Shown piece after piece: positions 47,991-59,614 of a DNA stretch of 63,875 nt. The translations under genes and the position numbers were made by a program. The notes beneath the pieces were generated by a model. It was not told the origin of the DNA. It was given only the letters and a program-made list of their open reading frames with translations, and did no database searches. Within the stretch, counting starts at the first letter, position 1. Each line of letters begins with the position of its first letter. The stretch comes from Chiloscyllium plagiosum (taxonomy: Eukaryota), in contig NC_057750.1 in the NCBI RefSeq assembly GCF_004010195.1, positions 13,792,033 through 13,855,907 of the forward strand. The letters run 5' to 3'.

Positions 47991-48764
47991 TTCTTTGACT
48001 GATTGGGCACGATTTTAGAGTTTGAGTTTATTGGCTTATGCATCACTTTGGTACCATCAACGTGAATGGGTTCCATTGCAGTTCTCGGGAAATCTGAGAG
48101 AAATGTGTCAGTATTTGCTGATCAGAAATTTGGATAGGTAAACCTCTGGGAGACTTGGGAAAAATATTACAGGAAAAATATAAAGCCAATTCTGTTAATT
48201 TTAACAATTTTTGGAAATGAAACACAAATCTTGCATTAAAATTAGTTTGTCCACAATTTAGGAGACTTTGGTACTAAATCTGGACCAATCAGGACAATAC
48301 TTTAAACTCCGCCTCCATCGAACAAGGAAAGCTTGCCAATGCGGCTTATTTTACAAGATTGTCTGCAGTGATCTGGAAAACATGCACAGAACTACAATTA
48401 AGATAAAAGAAAATTCACACTGCCAGAATTGTGAAATGAAAGCAACATGAGAGTTAGGCACCAATCTTCTGTCAGAATATGCTGACATCTGAATCAAAGC
48501 CTCTGTACTTTTTGTTTACATTTCAGTGAAGTGAGGAAGAATCTGGCTTAGGTAAATGCAGAGTCAAAGACTGAAGGATAAGTTAGCATCACCATCACTG
48601 AATCCCCCACTATCAACAGCCTGGGGGTTACCGTTGACCAGAAACTGAACTGGACTCCACACATAAACACATCGACTACAAGAGCAAGTCAGAGGCTAGG
48701 AATACTGCAGTAAATAACTCACCTCCTGCCTCCCCCAAAGCCTGTCCACCATCTACCTGGAATC

Positions 48765-48893
48765 TTCCTGAAGAAGGGCTTATGCCCCAAATGTCGATTC
48801 TCCTGCTCCTTGGATTCTGTCTGACCTGCTGCGCTTTTCCAGCAACACATTTTTCAGCTCTGATCTCCAGCATCTGCAGCCCTCACTTTCTCC
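48765..48893 (+). mobile_element. Penelope-like terminal fragment, family A (single arm)
   Basis: CTGAAGAAGGGCTTATGCCCCAAATGTC (core mutated) through to CACTTTCTCC. Confidence 0.88.
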
Positions 48894-49365
48894 TGGATGG
48901 GTGCAGCTCCAACAACACTCAAGAAGCTTGACTCCAATGCCAGCATTAAGAGAAGCGACCATGTAGGGATACCTACCTTAGGATAGTTTCAATCCTGATG
49001 AACAGTAAATAGGTTTATTACAGATTACCTGCTGGTTACAGAATGGTCTCTTGTGAGAGGTTAGGCGCACATGAAGAATAAGTTCACATTACTGTTACCA
49101 AAACATTCTGGTAACAAACAGAATCGAAGCAAAACTGAACACTGAAGTCTTGTTTGTACCTCTCAAGAACAGACCTTCCTGCCACAGAACCATTATACTA
49201 CATAAGGAGGCCATTCAGCCCATTCATGCCTGCACTGGAATGCTCCTGATGGGTGGAGCTTACTCATGATGTCAGTTAATGTTTTCCAATCTTATGCATC
49301 TGGATGGGTGCATGACTAGGAAGGGTTTGGAGGGATATGGCCCAAGTGCTTGCAAATGGGACTGG

Positions 49366-49610
49366 AGCAGCACGGTGGCTCAGTGGTTAGCATGGCTGCC
49401 TTACAGCACCAGGGACCCAGGTTTGATTCCAGCCTCAGGTGACTGTCTGTGTGGCGTTTGCACATTCTTCCCATGTCTGCATGGGTTTCCTCCAATGGTT
49501 CAAAGATGTGCATGTTAGATGAATTGGCTAAGGTAAATATGCCTAATGAGTCTGGATGGTGTGGGCAAGTTGGACCCAAAAGTCTGTTTCCATGCTGTAT
49601 GGCTCTATGA
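49366..49610 (+). mobile_element. HE1 SINE (diverged)
   Basis: CACGGTGGCTCAGTGGTTAGCA head and V-domain. Confidence 0.8.
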
Positions 49611-49838
49611 CCATCCAGGACAAAGCAGCCGGCTTGTTTGGCACCACATCCACAAACATTAACTCCCTCCACCACCAATGCTCAGCAGCAGCGATATGTA
49701 CCATCTACAAGATCACTTCTTAGACAGCACCTTCCAAACCCACAGCCATTACAATCTGGAATGATGAGGGCAGCAGATATACAAGAATACTTGCAGGTTC
49801 CCCTCCAAGTAATGCACCAGCCTGACTCAGCTACACTG

Positions 49839-50044
49839 GATGTAGGTTTGCTCACTGAGCTAAGTGGTTCATTTCCAAACATTTTGTCACCCTTCTAGGT
49901 AATATCTTCAGTGGGCTTTGCCCGGAGGCCCGCTGAAGATGTTAGCTAGTATGGTGACAAAACGTCTGGTAATGAACCTTCCAACTCAGTGAGCTAACCT
50001 ACATCCAGAACCTCAACCTGAGCTCCAAATCTTCTCAAAACTCG
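49839..50044 (+). mobile_element. Penelope-like hairpin insertion, family D (related to C), with decayed hammerhead at 49930..49969
   Basis: Near-TSD CTCAGCTACACTG 49826..49838 / CTCAGCTATACTG 50045..50057; CCG-CTGAAGA-T-stem-AAAA-CGTC-TGG; tail AGCTCCAAATCTTCTC resembles family C. Confidence 0.85.
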
Positions 50045-50329
50045 CTCAGCTATACTGTTCCTTTGACAGTGTAAATCATACACCCTTGTTCACTAAATCT
50101 ATACCTGCTGAGATGGCAGTGCCTCTGTGAGATGAAACCTCGAACATATTTACATTGGTGAGCCGTTTAAATAACGGCCTGATCAAAGATGTTGCAGTCA
50201 ATCCAGATCTCCAACGTTGTGATTTTGTCTCGAGATCGGCTCCCTCTGAGCTGTTTCATTTTATATTTTGCGATACCATTCACTTTTTCTGACGGACAGA
50301 GTGCGCGAACAGTATGGATTCAGAGAGCC

Positions 50330-50735
50330 AGGACAGATCTTGAAGTGAAACTGTTTGATGAGCTGGATTGGAGAGGTAACAGAGACGGTGGGTGAGCTCA
50401 GTGCAGGCAAAGCTGTGCAAACAGCTTTCCAAACGCACTTGATAAAATGGCATATTTCAGCTTATTTGAGAAACTGAAATTCACAGGGTGAAAGGAGCAG
50501 CATCAGAATGGATTGAAAAACAGTCGAGAGCTAGGAAATAGGGAGTTCAGGGAAACCTGTGTCTGCTTTATGAGACTGGAGAGAGAAATGCACTACGGTT
50601 TTGTTCAGTGTTCAGTTATCAGGGACTGTTGCTATAGTTGAGATTAGTCTTGGGGCTACAAGACACAATTTTGGAACTTACAGATGATATGAAGCTGGAG
50701 AGTTAGCAAACAGTGAGAAAAATATTGACAGACCT
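50330..50735 (+). mobile_element. Ancient CR1 RT remnant
   Basis: Decayed codons resembling FQKAFDK, KLK.HG.KG..WI.N and FADDTKLG (ACTTACAGATGATATGAAGCTGG). Confidence 0.55.
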
Positions 50736-51262
50736 TAATGTTGGGGTGGGAGGCGTGGCAACACTGCACAGTACGACGCCTCCTCATGGCCACGAGTTTC
50801 TGCTGTGGTGACTGATCCATGGTTCAGGACGTGCCAAAGGATCATGGGATGCAAACAGCAGGATTTACTGCCTCTTATCCTCTCTGTTGCCCTACGGCCT
50901 CACCGTTAAAGCATTTCACCTCAGAGTGTCTTGCAGCCATTCTGAACACTTGGTAGCACGTCTCTTTCAGTCATTGATGTCAATGGTGGTGTACCTCAAG
51001 GGGAAACCTTAATGTATCTGTGGCCGTGCGTTTGGAAGGTGCTGTCCAAGAAGCCTTGGTGATCTTCTAGATGGTGCTCATTGCTGCTGCTGAGCGTTGG
51101 TGGTGGAGGGAGTTAATGTTTGTGGATGTGGTGCCCTGGAACGCTGGGTATGTGAGTTGAGGAAGCCAGAGCAGGCAGGGAAGACATTTGGTGGCCATTC
51201 GGATCGCAGCATTTCGTGGTTGAGTTTACCGTTTAGTTTTGGCACAGAAGCCTAAGGAGATT

Positions 51263-51630
51263 TCCAGCCTCGGGTGACTGTCTGTGCGGAGTTTGCACAT
51301 TCTCCCCGTGTCTGCGTGGGTTTCCTCCCGCAGTCTAAAGATGTGCAGGTAATTGTAATGCTGTAATTGTACCAGCCTCCACCACTTCCTCTGGCAACTC
51401 ATTCCATATTCACACCACCCTCTGTGTGAAAAAGTTGCCTCTTAGGTCCTTTTTGTATCGTTCCCCTCTCACACTAAATCTATGCCCTCTAGTTCTCGAG
51501 TCCCCTACCCCAGGGAAAAGACTTTGTCTATTTACCCTCTCCATGCCCCTCATGATTTTGTAAACCTCTATAAGGTCACCCCTCAGCCTCTGACACTCCA
51601 GGCAAAACAGCCCCAGCCTGGTCAGCCTCT
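51263..51630. mobile_element. HE1 fragment (+) joined to a CR1 fragment (-)
   Basis: V-domain 51263-51350; GTAATTGTACCAGCCTCCACCACTTCC.. CR1 antisense 51355-51630. Confidence 0.85.
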
Positions 51631-52596
51631 CCCCTACACCTGCAAGTGTATATCCAATTACCTTTTCGAGTCATTCACGATCTTAATGGGGATGAAGATG
51701 ACCTAGTGGTATTCTTGCCAGACTATTAATCCAGAGACCCAGCGGATATTCTGGGAACATGAGTCCAAATTCTACCCTGAATTCAAGTTCCATAAGAGTC
51801 TAATGATGACGGCCAAGCCATTGCCCACTGTTCAAAGAATCCATCTGTTTTGCTAATGTGCTTTGGGGAAGGAAATCTGTCGTCCTTGCCCAGTCCGGCC
51901 TGAACATGACACCCTCATGTCCTGTGAATTGCCTGTGTCTCAATGATGACTCCCAAGTCATCGCAACTTGCTACATAAGTCATTTCTTGCTTAAATGCTC
52001 ACACTAAAGGGCAGTTAATCTTTGACAGAGTGAATAACCGTTGCCGCAGAGACTGTAATTTCTATGGGATCTACTGCACAGCCTCACTTCAAATTAGAAT
52101 TAGATTTTATTGTCATGTGTACTCAAGTGCAGGGGTACAGTGAGAAGTGTACAAAGTCACCATTCTCCAGCCCATCTTAAAATGCAAAATTCAAAGTCAG
52201 AGCTTAAAAATAAACAAGAGATGAAGGGGTTCAGGGGTGAGGGTTGAGAGGGATACATGAAGAGATTGGAATAGCTGGGAGCTGCTTTCCTTAGCGCAGA
52301 AAAAGGCCAGGATTTGATAGAGGCATTCAAAATCACCACGCAAAACAAAAAAGAATAAAGAGAGACTCTTCCTGATGGCTCATGGGTTTGTATCCAGGGG
52401 ACACAGATATGAAGCAATTAGCAAAATAAGACAAGAAAGGGGTGTGTGGGAATGGGTGGTTAAGATCTGGCAGGCACTGGCTGGTGGGATGGGTCTTTGA
52501 TAAATAATTGATGGGGGGTGAACATTGCGGAGGTACTGGGAAAATATGGGACACGGGCTGGCATCGGTCTTTGCAACGGCCAATGCAGTGGGCCAA

Positions 52597-52945
52597 ATGC
52601 ATGGAGAGGGTGAATAACAAAGGTCGTTTTCCCCAGGGTCGGGGAGTCCAAAATGAGAGGGCATATGTTTAAGGTGAGAGGGGAAAGATTTAAAAGGGAT
52701 CTTAGGGGTAACCTTTTCACGGAGATGGTGGTACGTGTGTGGAATGAGCTGCCAGAGGAAGTGGTGGAGGCTGGTACAATTACAACATTTAAAAGGCATC
52801 TGGATGGGGACATGAATGGGAAGGGTTTGGAGGGATATGGACCAAATGTTGGCAAATGGGACTAGATTAATTTAGGATATCTGGTCAGCATGGACGAGTT
52901 AGACCGAAGGGTCTGTTTCCGAGCTGCATAACACCATGACTCTAT
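52597..52945 (+). mobile_element. HER1/CR1 LINE 3' fragment
   Basis: ORF 52653..52865 RGHMFKVRGERFKRDLRGNLFT..VWNELPEEVVEAGTITTFKRHLD. Confidence 0.92.
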
Positions 52946-52973
52946 AACACAACGAGTGGCTTCTACTGTGCTG

Positions 52974-53128
52974 GGAGAAAGTGAGCACTGCAGATGTTGG
53001 AGGTCAGAGTCGACAGGTGTGGCGCTAGACAAACACACCTGATCAAGCAGCGTCCGAGGAGCAGGAGAGTCGACGTTTTGAGCATAATCACTTCATCAGG
53101 TCTCCTGCTTGAAACATTGACTCTCCTT
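52974..53128 (-). mobile_element. Penelope-like insertion, family A (older)
   Basis: GGAGAAAGTGAG terminus, CTTCATCAGG antisense core, short inverted arm. Confidence 0.8.
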
Positions 53129-53834
53129 CTGCGCTGTACTACAATTCTATAAATGTTCGTTTTCTTTTATGAAAATTAAACCTCTGCTCCTCTAGATTTT
53201 CTTCAAGAAGAATTCTCGGAGAGAATTATCAGGCGACCGAACGTTAACTCCCGTCCAGCAACTTTCACAGTCCTTAGGACATTCCCAAAGTGCTTTCCAG
53301 CCAATGTGGTATTTCTGAAGCGTAGGCCTCAGTTGCGCAGTCAGGAATTGTGGCAACTGTTCCGCCCATAAACCCTCACAAACAGCAATGCAATAATAGC
53401 CAGGTCAGCTCGTTATAGCGATGCTGGCCTCACAATGAATGTTGCTCAGGACGCTGTGAGGAAAATCGCCCATCCGAACGGTGAGGGCTGAGGAATTAGC
53501 AAGTTCTACAAGCGTCCTCATGCTTGCTTTTTTTTTTCCTGAGTGCTACATTGTGTATGTGTGCAATCGGGTTGAAGGGAAAACAGAAAGTCACACCGAT
53601 CGCCTGTAGGCTGATGCTTTCAAACTGTTTCATCCTCGGGCTTTCAATCAAGGGTTTTCCAGATGAATGAACGTGTTACTTTCATGACTAGACTCCAGCT
53701 GCTGAAACATATACAGTTCATGGATTGAAAACAGGGACAGTTTAAACAAGGCATAAAAATCATTTGAAGATAAACAGTCACAGTAGTATTTAGAAGGGGG
53801 AATGACATGGGATTGAAAACAGCAATTTGCTCTG

Positions 53835-54050
53835 TCCTTGTTGAGAAGGCCGGGCAAATTCATTGACTCTTCTACTGCCTTCTACATACATCTTGGTACA
53901 CCTGGGTGGGAAGGCAGCATCACCATCGAACGTACCATTCTTGAGGGTGACGTGCTGAGTATGCTCACACAAAGCAAGGCTTGGCTGTCTTGGGTCTGTA
54001 CCCCGATGGAAGGTGACTGTATCACCAAGGCTGCACCTTGGCGGGGGTTT
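53835..54050 (+). mobile_element. Ancient RTE-like LINE remnant
   Basis: ORF 53838..54077 W.GSIT..SMLTQ..WL.WV..MEGDCITK resembles the RTE C-terminal pattern W.D.ITN..LRWLGHV.RM.D.RIPK. Confidence 0.45.
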
Positions 54051-54083
54051 TGGTTTCCGACGCTCTTAAGCTGGTAATGTTTA

Positions 54084-55035
54084 AGGTGGCACAGTGGCTT
54101 GCCTCACAGTACCAGGGACGTGAGCTCGATTCCACCCTCATGAGACTGACTGTGTGGTGTTTGTACATTGTGTCCTCCCAAGGATGTGCAGGTTAGGAGG
54201 GCTGGCCATGGAAATGTGGGGGGGGGGGGGGGTAGATGCTTTTTTTGGAGGCTCTGTGCATACTCAATGGGCTGAATGGTCTCTGTTTGCACTGTAGGGA
54301 TTCTACAATTCGAAGTGTCAGGGAATGCCAGGGAATACAAGCTTACAGGCCAAGTTGTGGAAAATGGAATCGGTGTGAGCTGTTTTTGACTGGCACAGAC
54401 TCTGTAGGCCAAAGGGCGTTTTCCTATGCTATAGACCTCGATGACTCTATGCCAAGGTTACGGGCTAAAAGTAGGGGCATGGGACTAGCTCTCACAGAGA
54501 GCTGGCACAGGTGCAGTTGCCTGAATGGCCCCCCCGTGTGTTGTATCTATCCTATGCTGAATCCTAATCCACAATCTATCCCCCCGTGGCCTCGCAGGAG
54601 AAAGTGAGCACTGCAGATTGACTCTGATCTTCTCGGGTGCTGCCTGACCTGCTGTGCTTTTCCAGCACCTCACTCTGGACCCCTGGCCTTGCGACCCATT
54701 CCATTCTAGATCACTTGGACGTCGCAAATGAATCCGCCTCCAGCCTCCCACTCTTCCCCCAGGCACATCTTCTCCTGATCATTCACGACGAGGGCTTTTG
54801 ATGATATAAACCAAAAGGAGTAGCAATTTACTTTTTGCCAAAAGGGAGTTGAGTACATTGACAGCTGGGGTGGTGCAGTGGCTCAATGGTCAGCGCTGGA
54901 ATCTCATAGCATCAGGTTCGATCCCAGCCTCAGGCAACTGTCTGTGTGGCGTTTGCACGTTCTCCCCTGTGTTTGTGTGGGTTTCCTCCCATAGTCCAAA
55001 GATGTGCAGGGTAGGGCGGATTGACCGTGTGTAGT
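54084..55035. mobile_element. Cluster of diverged HE1 SINEs (54084-54305, 54866-55035), CR1 tails and a family A PLE remnant (54596-54680)
   Basis: Recognisable heads, tails and the AGGAGAAAGTGAG terminus. Confidence 0.75.
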
Positions 55036-55687
55036 GCAGCCTTGCACGCTTTCCCCATATCTTTGCAACATTTACTTCTTCAATTATTTATCCAAGTCTC
55101 TTTTGAAAGCTGCTGCGTCCCACTCCTGGCTTAGTTCTGACAGGGAAACGTGTGCACAGGGAATTTCCTGGACAGGAGAGGCTTGTGATATCGCCACATC
55201 GAGACAGAACAAAGATGTTTCAAACTGGTAGTCCCTGGACCGCAGAGGTCAGGCTGCCAATTACATGCAGCTAGTAATTGGTGTATAGTACTGAAACAAG
55301 TCGTTGGAATTTGTCTGAACCCTGTTCTAGAGTCTTGCTTTAAAATTGATCCACTTTTTCTCAGTGTTATATTGGATGCTAGTAAAATGGTTTGGGACAC
55401 ACGATTTTCCAACAGGATTCTTTTCTCAGTAGTTTCTGCTCGGGCAATGCATTAACGTTTCTCACTGTTAAACAAAACACTTGCCACTTCCTCTGGTTTT
55501 TATACGTGTCCTTTGGTTCCTGACTGTGCTGTCACTGGAAGCGGTTTCTCCCCACCAATGAAGTCAAAAGCCCTCAGAATTTTTGAACTCATCTATCGAA
55601 TCTCCCCTGAGTCTTCTCTGCTCCCAGGAACACAAAATTCCCACTTCTCCGGTCTCTCCATGTTGCTCATTATCAGTACCATTCCAG

Positions 55688-55798
55688 GAGAAAATGAGGA
55701 CTGCAGATGCTGGGGAGTCAGAGTCGAAAAGTGCTGCGCTGGAAAAGCACAGCTTGTCCGAGGAGCAGGAGAATTGACGTTTCAGGCATAAATCAGGA
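55688..55798 (-). mobile_element. Penelope-like terminal insertion, family A (single arm)
   Basis: Perfect 16-bp TSD ATCAGTACCATTCCAG 55672..55687 / 55799..55814. Confidence 0.9.
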
Positions 55799-55944
55799 AT
55801 CAGTACCATTCCAGTCAAATTCCTCTGAGCCTTTTGCCAAGGCTTCCTCATGTACCACCTCAAAAAACATCTGTATCTGCCAAAGCCCACAATCTAACCC
55901 CATAGAAGGACAAGGGCAGCAGCTCCACGGGAACATGACACATT

Positions 55945-56395
55945 GTCCCACTGCTGCCTCATAGTGCCAGTGACCTGAGTTCAATCCCACCCTCGGGCGA
56001 CTGTCTGTGTGGAGTTTGCACATTCTCCCCCCCCCATCTCTGTGGGTTTCCTCCCACAATCCAAAGACGTGCAGGTTAGGTGAATTGGTTGTGCTAAATT
56101 GACCATCGTGTTCAGGGATGTGTAGGCTGGGCGCATTGGTAGAGTAATAGGTTCAGGGAGTGGGTCTAGGTGGGTTACCCCCCCCCCATCTCTGTGGGTT
56201 TCCTCCCACAATCCAAAGACGTGCAGGTTAGGTGAATTGGCTGTGCTAAATTGACCGTAGTGTTCAGGGATGTGTAGGCTGGGTGCATTGGTAGAGTAAT
56301 AGGTTCAGGGAGTGGGTCTAGGTGGGTTACTCTGCGGAGGGTCTGTGTAGACTTGTTGGGCCGAAGGGCCTGTTTCCACACTGTGGGGATTCTAT
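55945..56395 (+). mobile_element. HE1 SINE with a 152-bp internal tandem duplication
   Basis: Units about 56027..56178 and 56179..56330, a few substitutions apart, joined at oligo(C) runs. Confidence 0.92.
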
Positions 56396-56519
56396 TAAAA
56401 TAAAAACACCATGCCCTGCAAGTTCCGCTCACCATTCCGACTTGGAAATACATTGCCGTTCCTTCACTGTTGCTGGGTCAAAATCCCTAAATGCATTGTG
56501 GGTCTACCTACAGGCACCT

Positions 56520-57320
56520 AGTTTAGATAAATATAGATATTGCATTTTGGAAAGGCAAATCAGGCCAGGGTTTATACCCTTAATGATAGGGTCCTGGGGA
56601 GTGTTGCTGAACAAAGAGACCTTGAGTGCAGATTTATAGTTCCTTGAAAGTAGAGTTGTAGGTAGACAGGATAGTGAAGAAGGCATTTGGTATGCTTGCC
56701 TTTATCAGTTAGTGCATGGAGTATTGGAGTTGGGAGGTCATGTTGCAACTGTACAGAACATTGGTTAGGCCACTTTTGGAATATTGCATGCAATTCTGGT
56801 CTCCTTGCTGTAGGAAAGATATTGTTAAACATGAAAGGATTCAGAAAAGATTTACAAGGATGTTGGCAGAGTTGGAAGGTTTGAGCTACAGGGAATGGCT
56901 GAGTAGGCCGGGGCTATTTTCCCTGGAGCATCGGAAGCTGAGGGGTGGCCTTATAGTAGTTTATAAAATCACAAGGGGCATGGATAGGGTAAATGGACAA
57001 GGTCTTTTTCCTGGGGTAGGGGAGTCCAGAACTAGAGAGCATAGGTTTGAGATGAGAGGGGAAAAGATTTAAAAGGGACATAAGGGGCAACTTTTTCACA
57101 CAGAGGGTGGTGCGTGTATGGAATGAACTGCCAGAGGAAGTGGTGGAGGCTGGTACAATTACAACATTTAAAAGGCATCTGGATGGGTATATGAATAGGA
57201 AGGGTTCAGAGGGATATGGGCCAAGTGCTGGCAAATGGGAGTAGATTGGGTTGGGCTATCTGGTCGGCATGGACAAGTTGAACCAAAGAGTTTGTTTCCC
57301 TTGCTGAACAATTCTATGAC
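56520..57320 (+). mobile_element. HER1/CR1 LINE 3' fragment
   Basis: ORF 56716..57072 LYRTLVRPLLEYCMQFWSP..RFTRML. Confidence 0.93.
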
Positions 57321-59614
57321 TCAATAGACTGTAGCAGTTTGGGAAGGTTAGCATCATGATTCTCAAATGGTGAAAAGGTCACACACAGTCTGCAGAGGGT
57401 TACGGACAGATTAAGCAACTGGGCAAAACCTTGGCAGATGGAATATGATGTGGGGAAATCCACATTTGGGCAGGAAGAAGAGGAGCTGAGAAAGACTGCA
57501 GAATGCTCCAACACACAGAGGGATTTGGGAATCCTTGCGCATGAATCACGAAAGGCTCGCATCCACGTTCAGCAGACAGGGAAGGGAACTGGAATACTGC
57601 CTTTCATTTCGACGGGAATGGAATGTGGCATAGAGAAGTCTTACTCAACTTTAAAAGACACTAATCCAACCATATCTAGAACAGTTTCAGTCCACTTCTC
57701 GAAGGAGGGGGAGACTGGCACTTTGGCGAGATGGTGCTGAAGACGGGTGATTTTTGTTCCCGCAATGGCAGTGCAGTGAAGTGGTCTTACACCTGGCCTC
57801 AAGCCTCATGACAGAGGACTGTAACATTGGACACTTGCTTTATTTCCTCATTTTTCTGACTCTATGTTCTAGGTTTTGGTTTATTTTTCAGTATTTTAAG
57901 ATGGCGCTGGGAGTGGTGACTCTTTTCACTGTATTTCGTAACAAGGTAATACATGACAATAAATGAATCAAATCAAAGCAGAGAGTCACTGGGTCGATCC
58001 TATGTTTGGAGGGAGAGTTTGAGAAGGTTGGGCCTGGCCTCATCGGAGTTTAGAAGAATGAGAGGTGGCGTTATTGTAACAGACAAGATTCTTCAAGGAC
58101 TTGACGGGGGAGATGTGGAGAGGGTGTTTCCCCTTGCGGGAGAGTCTGGGACCAGAGGGGCAACATCTTAGAGTAAGGAAGCACCCACTGACGATAGAGA
58201 TGAGGATTTAGTTTCTGTCAAGATGGAAGATTGGAACTGTTCACTGCAGAGGGCTGTTAAGGCTGGATTATTAAATGTACCCAAGGCTGTGATGGATTTT
58301 AAACCAGCAAGGGTCTGGGGTTGACATCTTATGGCAGGGCAGATTTGATGGGTCGACATCTGCTCTTACATCTTAAGACAAATAATTCATCCAAGATTAT
58401 ACACCACAGTATTCAGATTTTGCAGGTCCTGGTAAGAGTGTGAACTTCCAGTATGAGAATCTTCAGGGTGTAAATAGTACAGTATAAACCCTGGATTCTA
58501 ACAAGCCATTTTCAAGCAGAAGCTGGATTTTTAAACGAGTAAACGTCCCTCGTTTTGTTTGTATCTGGAGTCAGAAGCAGGGAAGCACGTGATCATCCAA
58601 AAAAAAGTTTGATTAAGGGCAGTGTGAATCGACAAGCCTGACTGCCATGATCCTCAGCGCTAAACTGGTTACCACCTGGCTACATCTTCAGTGGGACCTG
58701 CAGTCACCAGGCACCCGCTGGCCAATTCTCTGTCGTCGCCCAGAGACCAATTCCCTCCCAGCTTCCTGATTGCCTTGGGATTAATTTATAGCGAGGGGGT
58801 AAAATACTCCGATAAATTAAGCCTAGTAACGCCAGAAAAAAAATCAATAGCAAAAAGACCGTATCCCAGTGGGAAAGAGGAAAGTTGAATAATACGGAGT
58901 GGGACTGTGAGAACTCTGAAGAATATTAGTGCAGCTATGCTGGATTGTTTGTTGACTTTTTTGCCAAATGGGTAATGGCCTTGACAATTGACTGAGTCTC
59001 ATCAATTAAGGCTTGTCTACTGTTTGGCACCAGGAGTTCTGTATCGGTGTCTTTTCTTTCCCATTTTATTTACTGGACGGTAAATAACAGTGCAGAGCTG
59101 GATGAGGATCTGTGCTGAGTTTTATCTGCTTCACGTGTCCTTCATTTCTATAATGGCACACATATGTGAAAAGTTCAGAAAGGAGAGATCTTGGTGCCAG
59201 TGTAAATACAGACTCCAGTTCATCCCCAAGGCATTCAGTTCAAAGTTAGACATGGGCCCATGCGCTCGGCAAGTTCACCCTTGGACGACTGGGAGATGAA
59301 TTCTTTTATTTTCTCTTGCGTTTTGAAACTTGGTTGGGGAGAAAGGAGTCGGAATGTTTTGCATTAGAGGCGAGCACGCAACCTGCATCGACGGCCTCCA
59401 TTCGATTCCGTCTGGAAGTAAACAAGTCGACTGACCTCAATCCGGATCCAGCAACTGCGATCACTTCTTCCCTTTGCTTGATGGCAAGACTTGGCTTGAA
59501 CGGCCAGCTCCTTCTCCTTGCCAGGGTTCCCAATGCAAAATGAGCCACGGAAAAAAGAAAACAAAACCATTAAATCAGGCCCTCCCGAGTTCCAATCGAG
59601 GAGCGCTTGGTCTC

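Noticed and set aside
57898..57908. YY1 motif AAGATGGCG
   Set aside because: Lies inside an interspersed repeat also seen at 4400 and 52090
58426..58431. Possible 6-nt microexon (TTTTGCAG/GTCCTG/GTAAGA)
   Set aside because: Short pyrimidine tract and no identified host gene; needs RNA-seq junctions
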